This document shows positions 62,168 through 64,000 of a stretch of DNA of 64,000 nucleotides, one piece after another. Positions within the stretch are counted from its first letter, which is position 1. Every line of letters starts with the position of its first letter. The stretch spans positions 19,463-83,462 of the forward strand of contig CAVZVJ010000002.1 in assembly GCA_963778755.1 (NCBI GenBank), read 5' to 3'. The notes beneath the pieces were generated by a model, which was given only the letters and a program-made list of their open reading frames with translations, did not search any database and had not been told where the DNA came from. This stretch comes from an uncultured Acidobacteriota bacterium. GTDB lineage: Bacteria > Actinomycetota > Acidimicrobiia > Spongiisociales > ZC4RG35. The translations under genes and the position numbers were made by a program.

Positions 62168-62497
62168 CTATTTGGAGGGAAGGCTCTCGGCGAAACGGAC
62201 CCCGCGCTCGATCCAGGCTTCGAGGTCATCACGACTGGAGATCCCGTCGGCGCCGATCACAAGCCAGCCCTTCATCGGGCGAGAGGAGAGGTCGAAGACT
62301 CGGGCGCCGGGCAGCACGACAGTTTCGTCATGGGCGTCCTTGCCGACCCGCACCATCAGCTCGTCCCCGGTGACCCCAACCGCCATATTCCCGCCAATCA
62401 GAAAGGCGATGCCTCCGAACATCTCCTTCTCGTTGAGCCCGGGATGATCACCGATGTGATTCCGGATCTCGTCGGCGAGGTCACGGCTATACGCCAT
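62168..62497 (-). CDS. TfoX/Sxy N-terminal domain family protein
   Basis: Intact 109-aa ORF reading MAYSRDLADEIRNHIGDHPGLNEKEMFGGIAFLIGGNMAVGV. Confidence 0.7.
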   Translation of the reverse strand: MAYSRDLADEIRNHIGDHPGLNEKEMFGGIAFLIGGNMAVGVTGDELMVRVGKDAHDETVVLPGARVFDLSSRPMKGWLVIGADGISSRDDLEAWIERGVRFAESLPSK

Positions 62498-62501
62498 GGG
62501 A

Positions 62502-63593
62502 TCAGGATAAGGGCCCGGGCCAGAGCGGCCTCGGCTCGCTCAGGGACGGATCGAACAGGATCTTCACTTGTGTTTGACGGTGCTCTGCCATCGGTTGCAG
62601 GCCAGTAGTGACCAGGTCCTCGAGTGGGTAGACAGTCGGCGCCAGGTGAGACCAAATCTCGGGGCGTCGGGTCAACAGTTCCACTGCGTCGGCAAAGTCC
62701 GTCGCCGAACGCATGAGCCATGGTCCCGATCATTTCTTTCTCGCCGAAGGTGAGCAGCTTGAAGTCGAACTCGAATGGCTTCGGTTGGTGACCAACGAGC
62801 ACCACTCGGCCGTTGTCTGAGACCACCCTCACCGCCATCTCAAGAGGTCCGGGAGCGCCGGTGCATTCGAAGACGAGATTTGGTTGTCGATCGAGCTGCT
62901 TCAGGAGCTCCGAAGGCTCTGAGGCGTTCAACGTCGTGCTCGCGCCAAGGGCTCGACGGCGATGTCGAGGCGACCCGGGTCGAGGTCGACCGCGATGACT
63001 TCAGCTCCCTGTGCGGAGGCGCAGTAGGTCAGGAAGCTTCCGATCCCGCCCACTCCCATGACCAGCACCAGATCATCAGGGCTCAAACGACCGCGACGAG
63101 CGGCGTGAACTGCGATCGACATCGGCTGTGCCAGAGCAGCAATGTCCGGCGCGATGTCGAAGGAGCGAGGTTGAGACAGCAAGAGGCAGGCACAGCCACC
63201 TTCTCGGCCATCGCTCCGTGGGCGTGGAGGCCCACCGTCCAATAGGAGTCGCACATGTTGGTGTCGCCTCGCCGACACGGAGCACAGACCCCGCAGGACA
63301 CCCCGGCTCCAGAGGCCACCAGGTCTCCGACGGCGAAGCCCTCCACGCCGGCGCCCACCTCTGCCACGACTCCCGAGAACTCGTGGCCGGGGATCGTCGG
63401 TCCCAGGTGGCCGCTATGAGGGTGGCGTTCGCGAGATTGGAAAGAAGTGCGGGTCATTCACGTAATCGGCCACGTCGGTCCCGCAGATCCCGACCGTGGC
63501 CACATCAATGAGCAACTGCCCCGGACCGGCGACAGGATCGTCCATCTGCTCGAATCGAACGTCACCGGGGCCGTGGTAAACCGCTGCCCTCAA
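62502..63593 (-). pseudogene. Zinc-dependent alcohol dehydrogenase (MDR family, sorbitol/butanediol/threonine dehydrogenase-like), at least 4 frame changes
   Basis: Five fragments join into one protein:
- (M)RAAVYHGPGDVRFEQMDDPVAGPGQLLIDVATVGICGTDV
- PTIPGHEFSGVVAEVGAGVEGFAVGDLV...CGVCAPCRRGDTNMC
- AQPMSIAVHAARRGRLSPDDLVLVMGVGGIGSF
- NLVFECTGAPGPLEMAVRVVSDNGRVVLVG
- FADAVELLTRRPEIW...
The shifts lie near 63430, 63185, 62935 and 62705. Confidence 0.7.
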
Positions 63594-63646
63594 GCTGCCA
63601 CCATGCCAGGGACGCTAACCCAGCCGTTTTGAGAGGAGAGCCTCAA

Positions 63647-64000
63647 ATGACTTCCGAAGATGGTGTTGTAAATCGGCCGACCGTCGGGTTCATCGGTCTG
63701 GGCCGGATGGGGAGCTTGATGGCCGCCAACGTTGCCCGGGCCGGGTTTCCGATGCGCGTCTACAACCGCACCCAAGCCGTGGCCGAGCAGTTCGTTGCCG
63801 AGAACGGGGGATGGGCGGCGCCGAGCTTGAAGGAGATGGCCGACGGCTCGGATTTCGTGGTTTCGATGCTTGCCGACGGGGACGCTCTGATCGAGGCCTA
63901 CACCCGGGCCGACGGCGTGCTCTCAGGGCTGACTCCAGGGACGATCGCGATCGACATGGGCACCAGCGGGACCGAGGCCGTGAAACTGGTACGCGAGAAG
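63647..64000 (+). CDS. NAD(P)-dependent 3-hydroxyisobutyrate/6-phosphogluconate dehydrogenase-like oxidoreductase (N-terminal part; runs off the right edge)
   Basis: ATG 63647 follows GAGAGGAGAG. My translation is MTSEDGVVNRPTVGFIGLGRMGSLMAANVARAGFPMRVYNRT... (GxGxxG Rossmann motif). It stays open to the window end and is not in the ORF track. Confidence 0.75.
   Translation, partial: MTSEDGVVNRPTVGFIGLGRMGSLMAANVARAGFPMRVYNRTQAVAEQFVAENGGWAAPSLKEMADGSDFVVSMLADGDALIEAYTRADGVLSGLTPGTIAIDMGTSGTEAVKLVREK

Noticed and set aside
1-64000. Genomic-island or mobile-element boundaries (integrase, transposase, tRNA target, flanking direct repeats).
   Set aside because: None of these were found in any frame, so I cannot call any part of the window a mobile element.

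Overview
This is a GC-rich, gene-dense bacterial chromosome segment. It looks actinobacterial by inference: a SARP-type regulator domain, an LPXTG-like anchor, an ECF sigma factor, many GTG/TTG starts, 4-nt start/stop overlaps and leaderless-looking promoters. I saw no rRNA, tRNA, CRISPR array, transposase or integrase.

Layout:
1. 1.2-20.9 kb is a quaternary-amine (glycine betaine type) island. It holds OpuA/ProU-type uptake, BetB, a BHMT-like enzyme, dimethylglycine/sarcosine dehydrogenase with EtfBA, and a corrinoid-dependent non-pyrrolysine MttB-family methyltransferase operon. That operon also carries a corrinoid protein, DUF1638, a small unknown protein, a pterin-binding methyltransferase, a RACo-type activator, a MetF-like reductase and IclR.
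2. 21-39 kb holds transporters and housekeeping genes: P-type ATPase, CYTH-Ppx/GppA, MFS, AI-2E, peptidases, Dcu, APC, TRIC and a GcvT-like enzyme.
3. 39-42.7 kb is an ECF sigma module flanked by paralogous secreted proteins, plus an LPXTG protein.
4. 43.8-44.4 kb is mazEF.
5. 44.4-55.4 kb is a minus-strand block of six exported or membrane-tethered beta-propeller proteins. It includes a roughly 5.2 kb SARP-kinase-STAND-TM-WD40 gene.
6. 55.5-64 kb holds an adenylate cyclase with a cNMP-binding protein, PadR, modABC, TfoX, a decayed Zn-ADH and a partial dehydrogenase.

Major caveat: by manual reading, about forty reading-frame changes interrupt about 19 genes. Most behave like single-base insertions. 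About 35 genes are intact, including the 8 kb run at 9846-17708. Assembly or polishing error is at least as likely as real pseudogenisation. Many long ORFs in the supplied track are antisense or wrong-frame shadows of the real genes, as expected at this GC content.
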